Below are positions 25,622 to 40,700 of a stretch of DNA of 64,000 bases, piece after piece; the first letter of the stretch is position 1, and each line of letters begins with the position of its first letter. The stretch covers positions 1-64,000 of the forward strand of contig JAQGDQ010001064.1 in NCBI GenBank assembly GCA_030141605.1. Direction: 5' to 3'. This stretch comes from Tubiluchus corallicola. Its lineage: Eukaryota; Animalia; Priapulida. The notes below the pieces were generated by a model. The model worked only from the letters and a program-made list of their open reading frames with translations. It ran no database searches and was not told the DNA's origin. Both the position numbers and the translations under genes were made by a program.

Positions 25622-25954
25622 CAGTAAGTCCCCGCTTAACGACGCTAATGCGACGTTAAGTGAAACGTCGTTGAACGAAACCAAGACTTCCATGGAAAGT
25701 AATGTAAAAAAATCGAGATACGTTCCAGAGGCAAAAGTAAATGCTGCTTAATCATGTAAATTAAATATTTTATGAATTTTGTTATGGGTTCTACTAATTC
25801 ATTTTTTCTGCTTGCTTAAATGGTGTCAAACGTTCAGCGTCGTTAAAACGAAACGTCGCTAAACGGGGAATCGTTAAAACAAACGTCGCTAAACGGGGAA
25901 TCGTTAAAACGAAACGTCGCTAAACGGGGGGAGCCGTTAAGCGAGGACTTACTG
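25622..25954. mobile_element. Tc1/pogo-like MITE family E
   Basis: TIR cagtaagtcc(c/t)cgcttaacg / cgttaagcgaggacttactg followed by TA; copies at 47074-47347 and 47437-47687. Confidence 0.85.
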
Positions 25955-26097
25955 TACTATCTTTGTGGTAAGTTTAAGAGCACAAAGATATCAGAAGTTA
26001 TTCGAGAACTAATGTTTAGCAGATGTAAGAAAATATTACTTTTGGAACTACAAATGCATATTATAGGCAATAATCGGATCTATAAGTGTTGTACTAC

Positions 26098-26472
26098 AAA
26101 GCATGATTTTAACTGCACTAAACTGCAGTAAATGCTAGAACAGAAAAGCATGATTTTAACTGTACTAAACTGCAGTAAATGCTAGAACAGAAAAGCATGA
26201 TTTTAACTGTACTAAACTGCAGTAAATGCTAGAACAGAAAAGCATGATTTTAACTATACTAAACTGCAGTAAATGCTAGAACAGAAAAGCATGATTTTAA
26301 CTGTACTAAACTGCAGTAAATGCTTGAACAGAAAAGCATGATTTTAACTATACTAAACTGCAGTAAATGCTTGAACAGAAAAGCATGATTTTAACTATAC
26401 TAAACTGCAGTAAATGCTAGAACAGAAAAGCATGATTTTAACTGTACTAAACTGCAGTAAATGCTTGAACAA
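26098..26472. repeat. 47-bp minisatellite x8
   Basis: aaaagcatgattttaactgtactaaactgcagtaaatgctagaacag. Confidence 0.95.
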
Positions 26473-27119
26473 AGATGCCCAATATCAACTGTAATATCAA
26501 CGATACCTAAGTATGTATGACAGAAATCTAACAGAAATATTTAGTATGTTATCAAACAATAGTCAAACTCTAAGGGCAGTTTTGTCACTATAACACAAGC
26601 TATGATTAGTACACAAGCATCAGTACTAACTTACAGTTACTACAGCCAGTAAAACAACTACAGCTACAGCTACAGCTACAGCTATGAACCAGTACTATCG
26701 TTAGTAGCAAATAATAAGCAGCCGTTAAATGATTAATCACAACTACCGTCTACAGGCTATAAAGTTACTGAACTGATGTGGCAGATGGCGTTGTTTTACA
26801 TGCATGCATGTCACGTGAGTTGTGCATTAGTTAAGTTAAGTTGCATTACTGTGGTACACTTAACCTTCGACCTACAGCAACAACGAAATTGTGAAAAGGC
26901 TTATACAGCTACACCCTAAAAAGCAACTATAGCGATAGAGCAACTAAAGCAACTATACTAAGTACTAAGCAGCAACTTGAACTAAGTTATTACTAACAAA
27001 TACAGCTTAGATAACAGCAACAACTACAGAACAAATGCTATCATAACTAGGAAGCATACTGAGTAGCAACTAAATTATTAGTACACGTAAAAATACCAAA
27101 AATAATAGCCTAGGAAGCA

Positions 27120-27854
27120 ACTACAGAGCAAATACTATCATTAGTAACAAGTACTAGCTAGAAACTAAGTTGTTACCTACAAATGCAAGCCTATAAAGTG
27201 ATTGTATCTACAGAGCAAATACTATCAATAGTAACAAGTACTAAGCAGCAACTAAGTTGTTACCTACAAATGCAAGCCTATAAAGTGATTGTATCTACAG
27301 AGCAAATACTATCATTAGTAACAAATACTAAGCAGCAACTACGTTGTTACCTACAAATGCAAGCCTATAAAGTGATTGTATCTACAGAGCAAATACTATC
27401 ATTAGTAACAAGTACTAAGTAGCAACTAAGTTGTTACCTACAAATGCAGGCCTATAAAGTGATTGTATCTACAGAGCAAATACTATCATTAGTAACAAGT
27501 ACTAAGTAGCAACTAAGTTGTTACCTACAAATGCAAGCCTATAAAGTGATTGTATCTACAGAGCAAATACTAACATTAGTAACAACTACTAAGTAGCAAC
27601 TAAGTTGTTACCTACAAACGCAAGCCTATAAAGTGATTGTATCTACAGAGCAAATACTAACATTAGTAACAAGTACTAAGTAGCAACTAAGTTGTTACCT
27701 ACAAATGCAAGCCTATAAAGTGATTGTATCTACAGAGCAAATACTATCATTAGTAACAAGTACTAAGTAGCAACTAAGTTGTTACCTACAAATGCAAGCC
27801 TATAAAGTGATTGTATCTACAGAGCAAATACTAACAATAGTAACAAATACTAAG
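27120..27854. repeat. 87-bp minisatellite, about 8 copies
   Basis: ctacagagcaaatactatcattagtaacaagtactaag...aaagtgattgtat repeated. Confidence 0.95.
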
Positions 27855-28709
27855 ATGCGACTACGTGACTTACAGTTGAAACGCTATCGACAACTATATC
27901 CAATAGAATAAATCTACATTTGCAGCTACAGAATGAACAACAATTTTTGAATATATATGATATATTATATATTATGTATATAATATAAATATATTAGATA
28001 AATGTAAATACAATAATATATATCGAATATATATATATATATATATATTTAATTAGCATTAAATATACTGTAAGCATCAGCTAAACTACAAAAACCTGCA
28101 TCTTATAGTAACATAAGTCTTCTGTGGTTTGATATAGAAGAGAAAGCACAGTAAAAGACTACTAAAATCGACTAAAGAGCAGACTAAAAGCAGTGACTAA
28201 ACACAGTTTATGATTCTACTATCTAATTCCTGAGTAAAACTAAAACATGTGCGGTTTTCTCAAAAGAGTTTACCCATCTATCAAACTAACACCCACGTGG
28301 AGTCATAGAAACAGGTAATACTATCTAGTCTATGCCATTATTTGGTAAACACACTTATGAGATATCCAATCCCCAAATAGCCAATTAAATATAAAAAAAA
28401 AACATCAGAATTCGTCTTGGATTTGAACCAAGAACCGCTGAACTTTTAAGCTCAATGTCCAACCCTGCTAGAACGTTCAGACCAAATTCGTTCAGTTACT
28501 TCTGGTTCAAGCACAAGGTAATTCATGTTTACCTCAGTGTTAATTAATGATTTTGCATCCAAGATGCTTAAGATAATTAGGCAATTAATTATTTAACTGA
28601 GCAATTAATCTATGCTTAATTTAGCCTGTTTGACTGAACTACATCACCTGGAAATACTGAAGTGATCAGCGAACTATTAGGTTCACTCAGAATTTGCCCT
28701 GGTTACAAG

Positions 28710-28778
28710 GGATTAAGTTGTCCAATGGTCTAAGACTCACAGATGCTATCTCAAAGGTTCAGAGTTCAAATCCAAGTT
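28710..28778 (+). mobile_element. Degenerate tRNA-like (SINE head) sequence
   Basis: A-box-like gtccaatggtctaag and B-box-like gagttcaaatcc; no intact cloverleaf. Confidence 0.4.
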
Positions 28779-29320
28779 GTGTTTCAAAGTTTTACCTTTT
28801 TCAATGCGACAGTCTAATAGTGATTGTAGAAAACGTGTTTAAAACACAAATGAATTTAAGCGATGTTATTTGAGTTCTGAATTTTTCACAATTTTTCCAT
28901 AACAGTAAAGAACTAATTCAAGATTCTGTTATCTTACAATATGTATGATACACATACAACACAACTTCATAATACGATGTAGTTTACATAGCAACGAGAA
29001 AAAAACCACACGAGACTTCAATAACTCAACTATCGCGTCAGTTCGGAAAAAAACTTTAAATTGCAAAAAATCAAAGGAGTATCCGGTTTTGGTTACAGCA
29101 ACAACGTTCTGAAAAGAAAAAATGTTGTTTCGTTAAAAAATTGATAACTTTCAACTTGCTTATTAACTGTACACGACAAGTTCCCTACACGTGAGCAGTA
29201 GCCGAAATCTTTGCTTTAACACAGCAGACAACATTTTGACCAACGGCACGCCTGAATTACAGCCTGCATGGGACAAACAGACGAAATTTGAAGTTACCTT
29301 TTAGTCAAATGTGGTCAAAT

Positions 29321-29371
29321 TTATTCCTCCTCTTCAATTCTGGTGCGTCGTGTGGCGGTCATCTTCCTCTC
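29321..29371 (-). CDS. Mhc: Mhc coding exon 18 (terminal: [16 protein letters not shown])
   Basis: tttcAG acceptor, phase 0, acidic tail typical of MHC, TAA stop. Confidence 0.8.
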   Translation of the reverse strand, partial: ERKMTATRRTRIEEEE

Positions 29372-32300
29372 CTGAAATGAACAGTGAACAATGTACAATG
29401 AACAATGAAATGAACACACATACTGCTAATCAAATTAGCAGAAATCGATTGAAAGAGATCATAGTTGTCTTATTTTCATTAAATTACGGTAGAACGTCAT
29501 TACAAAGTACAGCAGTCACTGTGGGGGCGCGGGTTCGAATCTCACCAAAACCTGTGAAATAAAGGCTAATTTTATCTTGAGAAAATTACTTGATGGAGAT
29601 GCACAGAGTTTTTCATGTCGAACTTGGTAAAAAATTGAGAATGCGAATTTCCACTCAACGGCAGGCTTACTTATTATCTTGTTAAGTGAGGAGGGACTGG
29701 TACCTATCTAATTATCTTGGTTAATCATTAAGTATGAGAAAATGAACTTAGCTACGTCTGTAAATCAATTTAAACAGTTAAACAAATTAAACGGCGAGGA
29801 TTGATATCGTACGAAATGTTGCAGACCGAGTATTGAACCGAGGTAGTCACAAGCTATTCAGTGACCAGACTTGGCGATACTTAACTTCGGCTGCAAATTA
29901 CACTCTCTGAATACTCGAATATTCACACAGCATCTGGAATGCTGTTCGAAGCTGTGCGTGAACATGCATGCATATATGTATATGTACGTGCACATTCACA
30001 CATATACATACACACACAAGCATATGCATGTACATGTACAAATACATATACATATACGAATATGTGCATGCACACATACACATACACACACATACATAAA
30101 CATACACATGTACATGTATACATACAAATACGCATATGTACACATACACACATTCATACATATACATATACACATACATATAAATACATATACATATACG
30201 AATATGTGCATGCACACATACACATGTACATGTATATATACAAATACGTATATGTACACATACACACACTCATACATATACATATACACATACATATAAA
30301 TACATATACATATACGAATATGTGCATGCACACATACACATGTACATGTATATATACAAATACGCATATGTACACATACACACACTCATACATATACATA
30401 TACACATACATATAAATACATATACATATACGAATATGTGCATGCACACATACACATGTACATGTATATATACAAATACGCATATGTACACATACACACA
30501 TTCATACATATACATATACGAATATGTGCATGCACACATACACATGTACATGTATATATACAAATACGCATATGTACACATACACACACTCATACATATA
30601 CATATACACATACATATAAATACATATACATATACGAATATGTGCATGCACACATACACATGTACATGTATATATACAAATACGTATATGTACACATACA
30701 CACACTCATACATATACATATACACATACATATAAATACATATACTCACATACAGCTATTCTACTTTAAAATCAACAACAAGATACCTCGTCATCTAAAC
30801 ACACATGACTTACAGTGATTTGGGTGACTCCACCAGCACGAGCCTGCGCACGCATCTTAGCAAATGCATTCTCCGCTTCTTCTGCGCGAGCTTCGGCTTC
30901 CTCGAGTTCGGCCTGCGTCTTGCGGAACTTTGCGAGGTTCATGTTGGCAACCTCTTCCGCCTCCTCGATCTGCCTCTTGTACAGTTTCGCCTTGCCGTTC
31001 AGCTTCTCGATCATGTCCTGGAAGTGGCCCTGGCTCTTCTTGTCGTCCTCCACCTGCATCATCAGTTCCTTGATGCGACGATCCGACTTGCGGTAGGTCT
31101 TCTGGAGTTCGCTGTGGCGTCGAGTTTCCGCCTCGAGTTCGCCTTCCAGTTCTCGAACGCGATGTTCCAGCTTGGCTATGAGCTTCTTGCCTCCCTTCAT
31201 CATGTTGGCTTCCGCCTCATCCAGGCGGATCTGAAGATCCTTTATCTGTCCCTCAAGAGCCTTTCTGGACCTGTCCGTTGCAGCGGCGTGCTCCTGTTCC
31301 TGACGAAGTTCCTCGGCCAAGCGGGCTGCATCTGCGACCGCAACTCTTGCCTTCTCGTCCGAGCCCTTCAGCTCGTTCAACGTCTCGTCAAGATCTGCTT
31401 GCATTGTGGTGAGGTCACCTTCAATCTTCCTCTTGGCAGAACCGATGGAAGCGACTTGAGCCTGGAGATCGGAAATTCGGTCGTTCGTGTCGTTCAGCTC
31501 GGCTTCGGTGGCGCGGCGGTTGCGCTCGGCTTGTTCCAACGCGGTGCGAGTTTCCTCCAGCTCGGATGAAATGGCGTTACAGCGTCGTTCGCTGGAGCTG
31601 AACTGTTCGCGGACTTCCTCTCTTGCACGTTGCTCGTCTTCGAGCTGACTCTCCATGTCCTTGATCGCCGCTTGAAGTTTCTTCACGTTCTTCTGTGCAT
31701 CGGCGTTCTGGCGGTTGGCACTGTCCAGGGCGACTTCAAGTTGATTGATGTCGGTTTCAAGCTTCCTCCTCATCTTCATCAGCTCAGCTTTGGACTTGGC
31801 TTCTCCTTCAAGACTGGCTTGCATCGAGTCAATGGCGCGCTGGTGATTTCTACGCGTGGTCTCGAATTCCTCGTCTTTTTCTGCAAGCCGTCTGTCGACC
31901 TCCTGACGGATCTGTTGCAGTTCTAGCTGGCCACGGACAACCTGGGCTTCTGTGTGTTCAAGAGCTGCTTCAGCTTCTTCAAGGGCAGCTTGCAGTTCCT
32001 CTTTCTCCTGTTCTGCTCTCCTGCGTGCCTTGTCAACTTCGTGAACGTTCTTACCTCCCTCGCTTAGTTGGTCAGTCAGGTCTTTAATCTCCTCGGTCAA
32101 GTTCCTGTTCTCTCGTCGAAGACTTTCGATGGCATCCTCTGCCTCCGTGGCTGAGCTTTTCGCCTTGAACAGTTCGGTGGAAATGTTGCGGCACTCGCGC
32201 TGGGATGCCTCCAGCTCCGCGGCAACGTCATCACATTTCTGCTTCCACTCGGCGACGGTCTTGTCGAAGTTGCGCTGACGCTTTTCGGCAGCGTTGGCCA

Positions 32301-35300
32301 TCGTCGTGGCTCGCTCGACCTCTATCGACATGTCGTCGAGAGAATTTTGCAACTTCTGCTTCGACTTTTCGAGATTTGAAACCTTTGCGAGAGCCGTTTC
32401 GGCTGCTTCCTCGGCCGCCATGAGCTTGGCTTGCATTTTTCTCCTGAAAACAATCAAACATTGTTCATTGTTACACTGCTGGCATTGTTTATTGTTACAC
32501 TGCTGGCATTGTTCATTGTTACGATGCAAATATTGTTCATTGTTACACAAATATTCCTTATTATCGGAACCACAGTTTCGTCACTGTTGGTGTCAAGCAA
32601 TTTAATCTAGCATTCTATAATTATTTGTTTTCTTTTCGCATTTTTACAAACATGCATTTCCTGAAAGTGTTTAAAACGAAGCCAGCCTTAGTCATGTGAC
32701 CTAAGCTTTAGTAGTATACGCCACCTATCAGTCACACTTGTTTTTACACGTAGTTACATTTTCTGTTGCCGCTATGCTGATCATGCCGTTTGGTGATACT
32801 TGCACTGCTTTGTCTATTTTGTTGCAATTTAACAGACACTAGTTCTATTTTCAAGCCAAAGTTGTCACCAGTCTACTTTAATAATTAGTTTAAATAGATT
32901 AGAATTGCTTCAAATGTCTTCTTTATAATGCAATAATTTGTGTTTCAGTCTTCTTAAATCTAATGTTTTATTTTGTCTAAATAGTAATAACCTTTAGCAC
33001 GTTCGTAAGCACTTTTTGTGATCTGTTATTTTAATAAATTGCAGGTCTATCGCACAGTTCAATACTGATTTTTACCGTTTCTTTGCCTGGACTGGGCGCA
33101 TCCACACTAACTACTACTTTGTCATCATTGTCACATCCAAAATCTTAGTTGTTGCGCATCCACAATTACTATCCTCATCGCCATCATTGTCACATTGTCA
33201 AAGACTTATAACCACAGAGATTAACACTAAAATCGGAGAATTCACTATGCCTGCCACGTGCGACCGCGTGACACGTTGCGCCATCCAACGGCTAGCGAGT
33301 AAAAAGTACGCATATCTATGACGTTGACAATAACAATAACGCTGTCTTCAGCTTGCCGTAATATTGTTATCTATGGTTTACCCGCGCACCGTTGAACCGT
33401 TAGCGCCACCTATGCGTTTTTGTAGTAAGTGAACACTCCGTATATAGTGCTGAGCTCTGTGCTTGTGCTTATGAATGATCCTATGATCATTCTATGATCA
33501 TCACTGTCATAGTCGTCAATACACTCGTTATCATTATCATCGTTGTCGTCGCCATTATGGCATTCCACCGTGACTTTCCGTGTTACTGATACAAATACCC
33601 TAGATATTGTTCTCCATATTAAGCGCATTTTAAAGCTCTATCAAGCATGTTATTAAATAATAACTAATTAAAGTTCTTTGCTCATGTGTTAAATCCAAAT
33701 TTGTCAATCCAAATGTTAATGTGTGTTAATCTAGTTCGTTGCTCATTGGCTGTGTTAAGTTACATGTGTAGGTATTCTAGGCAAAAACCGTGTTATAGCA
33801 CACTTGAACCACTTACTTATGGTTATAGACCTGTTCACATACTAGCATGTGTGATTGAAAGCTTCACGGTTGAATGATGTTAATGAAATGTTGTATTCAC
33901 ATCAAAATATTTATGTTGCATTAAGTTGTGTTGTGTTGTTTTGTTGTGTTGTGTTGTGTTACATTACGTTACGTTACGTTACGTTACGTTATGTTGTGTT
34001 GCGTTACGTTACACTTCACGTCACGTCACGCTATGCTACGTTACGTTACGTTATGTTATGTTATGTTGTGTTATGTTACGTTGCATTATGTTACGTTATG
34101 TAATGTTGCATTGCTTTATGTTGCATTGCTTTATACATATATACATATATACTAACGTTAATAACTTTACTTACATGTAATACAACATTATATATGAGTG
34201 TCACATCAATTAAGAATTTGGAAGCATTTAATATTTCTCAAGTTTAGACAAGTTTTTCAAACTTACTTGACTTCATCCACTTCCGGTCCTCCTCCACCAA
34301 GACCTTCACTGTCCACACGAGCACGGAGGTTATTGAAGTCATTGTTGACCTTGGCAAATTGTCTCTGCAAGACCGCCTTGGCTTCCGACTCCTCCTCGAT
34401 CTGCTCCCGCGCGGACTCCAGGTCGTGCAGGGCGTTGCGCAGCTGACCCTGAAGATTTGACCTCTGACGGCCCTCGTCCTCCGCCGTCTGTCTGGTCTCC
34501 TCGAGTTGGGCTTGCAGCTGAGATTTGATCTTGTTCATCTGGTTCAGTTTGGATTCGGCTTCCTCCAGCTGCCGCATGAGGTCGTTGTTCTCTGACGTCA
34601 TGCGGGCTTTGGCTGCATTGAGGTCGTTGATTGTCCGCGCTGCTTCGTCCAGTTTTGCATTGGCTTCGGCCAGTTGACCTTCCAATGCTTTAGCCACCTT
34701 CTCGCTCTGACTCTGTAAACAAAATCAAAATAACATTACAGATACCAGCGATTGATGACGATCATGAAAAGGTCAAAGGTCAAGTGTACCAGACAACGCA
34801 TTTGTGTACACTTGACAACGCCTCGCAGCCCATGCTATTGTTATACTAACAGTTTTAACACCTTGCTGGAACGTTACCTAGTTCATTTTTTCTTATTCTC
34901 AAGCAAGATTCTGCATAATGCATAATTAAGTAAAGTCAACATGAAACAACTGAATTTTCTGAACCGATGTGTCAGACGGCTTTGCTTTTCCCACGCCCTT
35001 TACCTACGTTACGTTAGGTTACGTTATGTTATACATGTTTTATTGATATGTTATCATGTTTTTCCTGTTAGTCAAGGAACTGATGCATCAAACGACTTTG
35101 CTTTACCTACACGCTTTGCCTACATTACGTTAGGTTACGGTATGTTATACATGTTTCATTGATATGTTATCATGTTTTTCCTGTAAGTCAAGGAACCGAT
35201 GCATCAAACGACTTTGCTTTACCCACACCCTACCTACGTTACGTTAGGTTACGTTATGTTATACATGTTCTATTGATATATTATCATGCCTTTTCCTGTA

Positions 35301-37275
35301 AGTCAAGGAACTATCCTAAGCAGGACGTATGTGTGCAGTGCTTGATTTGATTGAATCAGTCATATAATTTCTGCCTCAGCTTCCAAAATCTGTGGTTCAA
35401 GTACGTAAGCGTTTCATCTTTTGAGACATTTTTTCATGTACTTCGTGATGTCAATAAAATGGCCCCATTTAACGTGCAGAAAGTATATAATAATAATAAT
35501 AATAAAAACTAAAGTTTGCAAGTGATTGCGCAATGAAACTGACTAACTCTTCACAGATTAGCCAATCACGATTTAGAATTCCTAGAAACGACAGCTTCCC
35601 TTTCCAAAAACAACACTTTTGGCATTTTTAGAATAGTTTCTCTCTATTTCTGAACAGCACTTTTGTGAGTGTTGAACAAAAGAATTTTATGAGGTCACTG
35701 AGATGTCAAAGGTCATTGTGAAGTACTGAATAGTCCCTCTCTATTTGTGACTGTTGAACAAAAGAATGTTATGAGGTCAATGAGATGTCAAAGGTCGTTG
35801 TGAAGTACTGAATAGACCCTCTCTATTTGTGAGTGTTGAACAAAATAATTTTATGAGGTCACTGAGATGTCAAAGGTCATTGTGAAGTACTGAATAGACC
35901 CTCTCTATTTATGAATGTTGAACAAAAGAATTTTATAAGGTCAATGAGATGTCAAAGGTCATTGTGAAGTACTGAATAGTCCCTCTCTATTCGTGAGTGT
36001 TGAACAAAAGAATTTTAAGAGGTTACTTGGATGTCAACGGTCATTGTGAAGTACTGACCTTTGCCCTGCTGACATGCTCAACATTCGACTTCATATCGTC
36101 CAGTTCCACCTTCATCTGGGCCTTTTCTTTCTCAATCCTAAAATGTGCAAAATAGAATTGCATAAAATTATTAATATTGCTAACGATATAAGTTTGCATG
36201 GAAAGTTCCTTGAGACATACTTTCAAGTTTCCTATTCTTTTCCTTTAAACTGCAACATAATTAATTGTCTTTTCCTTTAAACTGCAACATAATTAATTGT
36301 CTTTTCCTTTAAATTGCAACATAATTAATTGTCTTTTCCTTTAAACTGCAACATAATTAATTGTCTTTTCCTTTAAATTGCAAGATAATTAATTGTCTTT
36401 TCCTTTAAACTGCAACATAATTAATTGTCTTTTCCTTTAAACTGCAACATAATTAATTGTCTTTTCCTTTAAACTGCAACATAATTAATTGTCTTTTCCT
36501 TTAAACTGCAACATAATTAATTGTCTTTTCCTTTAAACTGCAACATAATTAATTGCCTTTTCCTTTAAACTGCAACATAATTAATTGCCTTTTCCTTTAA
36601 ATTGCAACATAATTAATTATTATTTCTTACTTTGCTTTGTGTTTCTGAAGCTGATCAATCTGCTCGCTCATCTCAGCTGTGATGTCATTCTGCTTCTTCC
36701 TCAGAGCGGAAATGGTGGACTCGTTCTGCAAGGCCTGCTCTTCAAGATCGCGCCTCATCTTGGCCACCTCCTGTTCGCGCTTCTTGTTCAACTCGATCTG
36801 CGCCGAGGTGGCGCCACCGGCTTCGTCCAAACGCTCGGACAACTCCTCCAGCTCTCGCGTCAAGTCTCCGCGCTGCTTTTCCACCTTGGACCTGGCCTGC
36901 CTCTCCGATTCCACTTCCTCTTCCACCTCCTCCACGCGAGCTTGGAGCTCCTTGATCTTCTTCTGCAGCTGATGACCCGTTCCCTGTTCGTCTTCAACTC
37001 GACTGTTGAGGCTGTTGATGTCCTTCTCCTTCCTGCGAACGTTCTCCTCCAAGTCGTGTTTGACGCGCTCGAGCTCCTCGACCGACTCCTGCGTCATCTT
37101 CAAGTCTCCCTCCAGCTTCCGCTTGGCCTTCTCCACGTCTCCCCGGATCTTCTTTTCTCGTTCAAGGTTGTCCTCGACCTCGTCCAGATTCTGTTCTAGT
37201 TTTGCCTTCAGTTTGTTCAGGTGGTTGACCTTGTCCTCTTCCTTTTGGAGGTCTTCGGATGTGCGCTAAAAACGT

Positions 37276-37372
<97 letters not shown>

Positions 37373-37506
37373 GTCAGTCAGTCAGTCAGTCAGTCAGTCA
37401 GTCAGTCAGTCAGTCAGTCAGTCAGTCAGTCAGTCAGTCAGTCAGTCAGTCAGTCAGTCAGTCAGTCAGTCAGTCAGTCAATCAACCAACCAACCAACCA
37501 ACCAAC

Positions 37507-37568
<62 letters not shown>

Positions 37569-37727
37569 GTCAGTCAGTCAGTCAGTCAGTCAGTCAGTCA
37601 GTCAGTCAGTCAGTCAGTCAGTCAGTCAGTCAGTCAGTCAGTCAGTCAGTCAGTCAGTCAGTCAGTCAGTCAGTCAGCCAGCCAGCCAGCCAGCCAGTCA
37701 GTCAGTCAGTCAGTCAGTCAGTCAGTC

Positions 37728-37761
<34 letters not shown>

Positions 37762-40700
37762 AACAGTTAACAGTTTAACAAGAAAACCCTCCACCTACAA
37801 CAAAAAGCTTAAAAATTCGCTCCTAAAAATTTTATGCCTCTTACTTAAAGCCGTTTTGCATGCAGGACTTGCGTCGGCAGTAACGCTGTATAAAACTTGT
37901 AAATTTAGACTTCAGCGATGACCGTCAGGCGCAGCCATTTTGACGACAGGCCATTTGAAACAAGTTTTAGTAACATTGAGTAAAGTTTGAAAAAATAATC
38001 AGAGCATTTGTAGAAATTTACTGCATCTTGTCAATAAGTTTAAAAATACATTTTTTTCTTTGGTGAACCCTGGAGGGTGAGTCAATTACATTTTACCAAT
38101 TCATGAAAACCTTTTAAACACTTAATAATTTTCTTTTCTAGTTACATAAGTCTTTCCAGCAGGTAAGCAAAACGCAAAGTAAGATAATTTTGCACGCAAA
38201 GTTTTTTGGGACATAATTTAACATTTCCTTTCCGTGCGCTTATTTACGTTGTGAGTGTATGATGTCATGTAATGACGTGGCCAGTACATAATTTAACATT
38301 TCCTTTTCGTGCGCTTATTTACGTTGTGGGTATATGACGTCACGTAATGACGTGGTCAGTACATAATTTAACATTTCCTTTTCGTGCGCTTATTTACGTT
38401 GTGAGTGTGTGACGTCACGTAATGACGTGGTCAGTACATAATTTAACATTTCCTTTTCGTGCGCTTATTTACGTTGTGAGTGTATGACGTCACGTAATGA
38501 CGTGGTCAGTACATAATTTAACATTTCCTTTTCGTGCGCTTATTTACGTTGTGAGTGTATGACGTCACGTAATGACGTGGTCGATACATTATTGCAGGAG
38601 ATTTAAAATGGAAACAAAACAAAAAATCCCTTTCAATGCGATATATGCATAAAATTGCTGTAAAGTTTTATGAAGCCATTTACGTAAAATTGTACAACTA
38701 AATGAAGCCATTTACGTAAAATTGTACAACTAAATGAAGCCATTTACGTAACATTGTACAACTAAATGAAGCCATTTACGTAAAATTGTACAACTAAATG
38801 AAGCCATTTGCATAAGATAATACTCACTGATTGGTTCTCCTCCACACTTTTCTTCTCCCTGTTGATTTTGGCGATCGTTTCATCTTGTCTGGCGATCTCG
38901 TCGTTCAGCTGCTTGATCTGGTGCTCTTTTGCCGCCTTCTCACTTTCCACTTTCTTCAAGTTGCGTTCGAGTTCTTCGATGTTCGACTTCAGATTTTCGC
39001 ATTCCTGTTCCACCTTCCTCTTGGCATCTGACACTCCGGCGCTCGATTCCTCCTCCTCCGACAGACGGGACCGGATGTCCTCCAGCTGCTGTTCCAGTTC
39101 CTGCTTCTGGCTCATCAGTTTGGTGGCCCTCTCTTCAATGTCGGCAATAGTTTCCACCTCTCCCTGCATCTGCGAGTACAACTCGTTCTTCTCCTTGGTC
39201 AGTTTTGCAATGTCCACTTCGTACTGTTGGCGAAGTTTCGTCTCCTTTTCCAGCTCTTCCTTCATCTTATCCATCTCTTCTTGCAGCTTCTTGAGTTCGT
39301 CCTCTTGACGGGCAACGGACAGCAGCGGCTTGACCTTCGTGTACAGCTTCCACCACGGCCAGTTGCGGCACTGGAGGTACTTCCTGGTGTTGCGCTGGAT
39401 GACCTTCATGGCAAGACGCTGAGCCTTGAGGACTTCAAACTGTTCTCTCATCTGCTTACCACGAATCCATGCCTGGGCCAGCGTGACGATGCGTGTGATG
39501 CGTTCCTCTCTCTTCTCTTCCAGTTTGCCCAGTTGTCCGGCCTTGAAGAACACTTTGGTGTGCCCACAGCGGTACTGTTCGGTGTCCCATTCCAGGGCAT
39601 TCAAGATGTTGCTGGTCACCTCTTTGCTCTCGCAGAATCCTTGGGGTACGGCATTCGGGGCCAAAATTTGGTACCTGTATAACATCAACATTTTCATTTT
39701 AAGCTTTGTGAATTAGCCAATAATCTAAGTGTACTTTTACTCGACTAAAATTTAGAGAAAAATCAAATATGTTATTGTGCTTTAATCTCATTTAGTAGGA
39801 AGTAATCTCTAAAGTTCACGATAAAAGGATTTAGGTACAAAGAATGAAAATAATGGTTTAGTGGAGGGTCGTATTAACCAACAGGGTAACTAGGCTATAG
39901 CCTAGAACTTTATAACACACCACAGGCAGTTGCTGAGAGCTGCTTTTATATGAGTGCCACATAACGAACAGGTGCAAGGCATTAAACAACGAAGGGGCAG
40001 AACCACGAATAAACTCAGATCATTTACCCTGTTTATGTGATACTTTCATATTCATGTAAACTGTGCACTTTATAACACATCACAGGCAGTTGCTGAGAGC
40101 TGCTTTTATATGAGTGCCACATAACGAACAGGTGCAAGGCATTACACAACGAAGGGGCAGAACCACGAATAAAACTCAGATCATTTACCCTGTTTACACT
40201 AGGCAGAAAATACACCCTGCTTTGGACTTTTTAGAGCCCGATGTTCTGTAATCACAGCCACACATTCATAGAGAGACTAACTCCTAACATTAATTTGTTT
40301 GCTTAAAATTACAATTACAATTTACAACATTAAAATCACGTAGGTTCGTTACGTTTTACACAGTATTAACACAATGGCAAAAAAATTTCTGAAGGAGCAC
40401 CCACAATAATTTTAGCTACGAGCCGCCACTATACTTAAGGATGAACTGTGTGAGCGACAGTATTTTTTCTACCTGGACTCAGACATAATCGCATGGCACA
40501 TGCGCGAAACACCTCATTGCTGGAGCTGTGAAGCAAACAGTACTACCCTCACGTGCTCTGGTTCCGTACAAGTATAAAGTAAGAACTAAAGAAAAATGAT
40601 TTATATTGAACATTATCGATAATATTGAGTGAAAATAGGGGGTCATTTGATGGTCTAAACCAAGCAAACTGACCTCTGCTTGAAGTCACCATAGACGACC

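Noticed and set aside
32444-32550. N-terminal extension MCNNEQ... of the 592-aa ORF
   Set aside because: A short intronic 24-bp repeat upstream of the acceptor at 32445-44.
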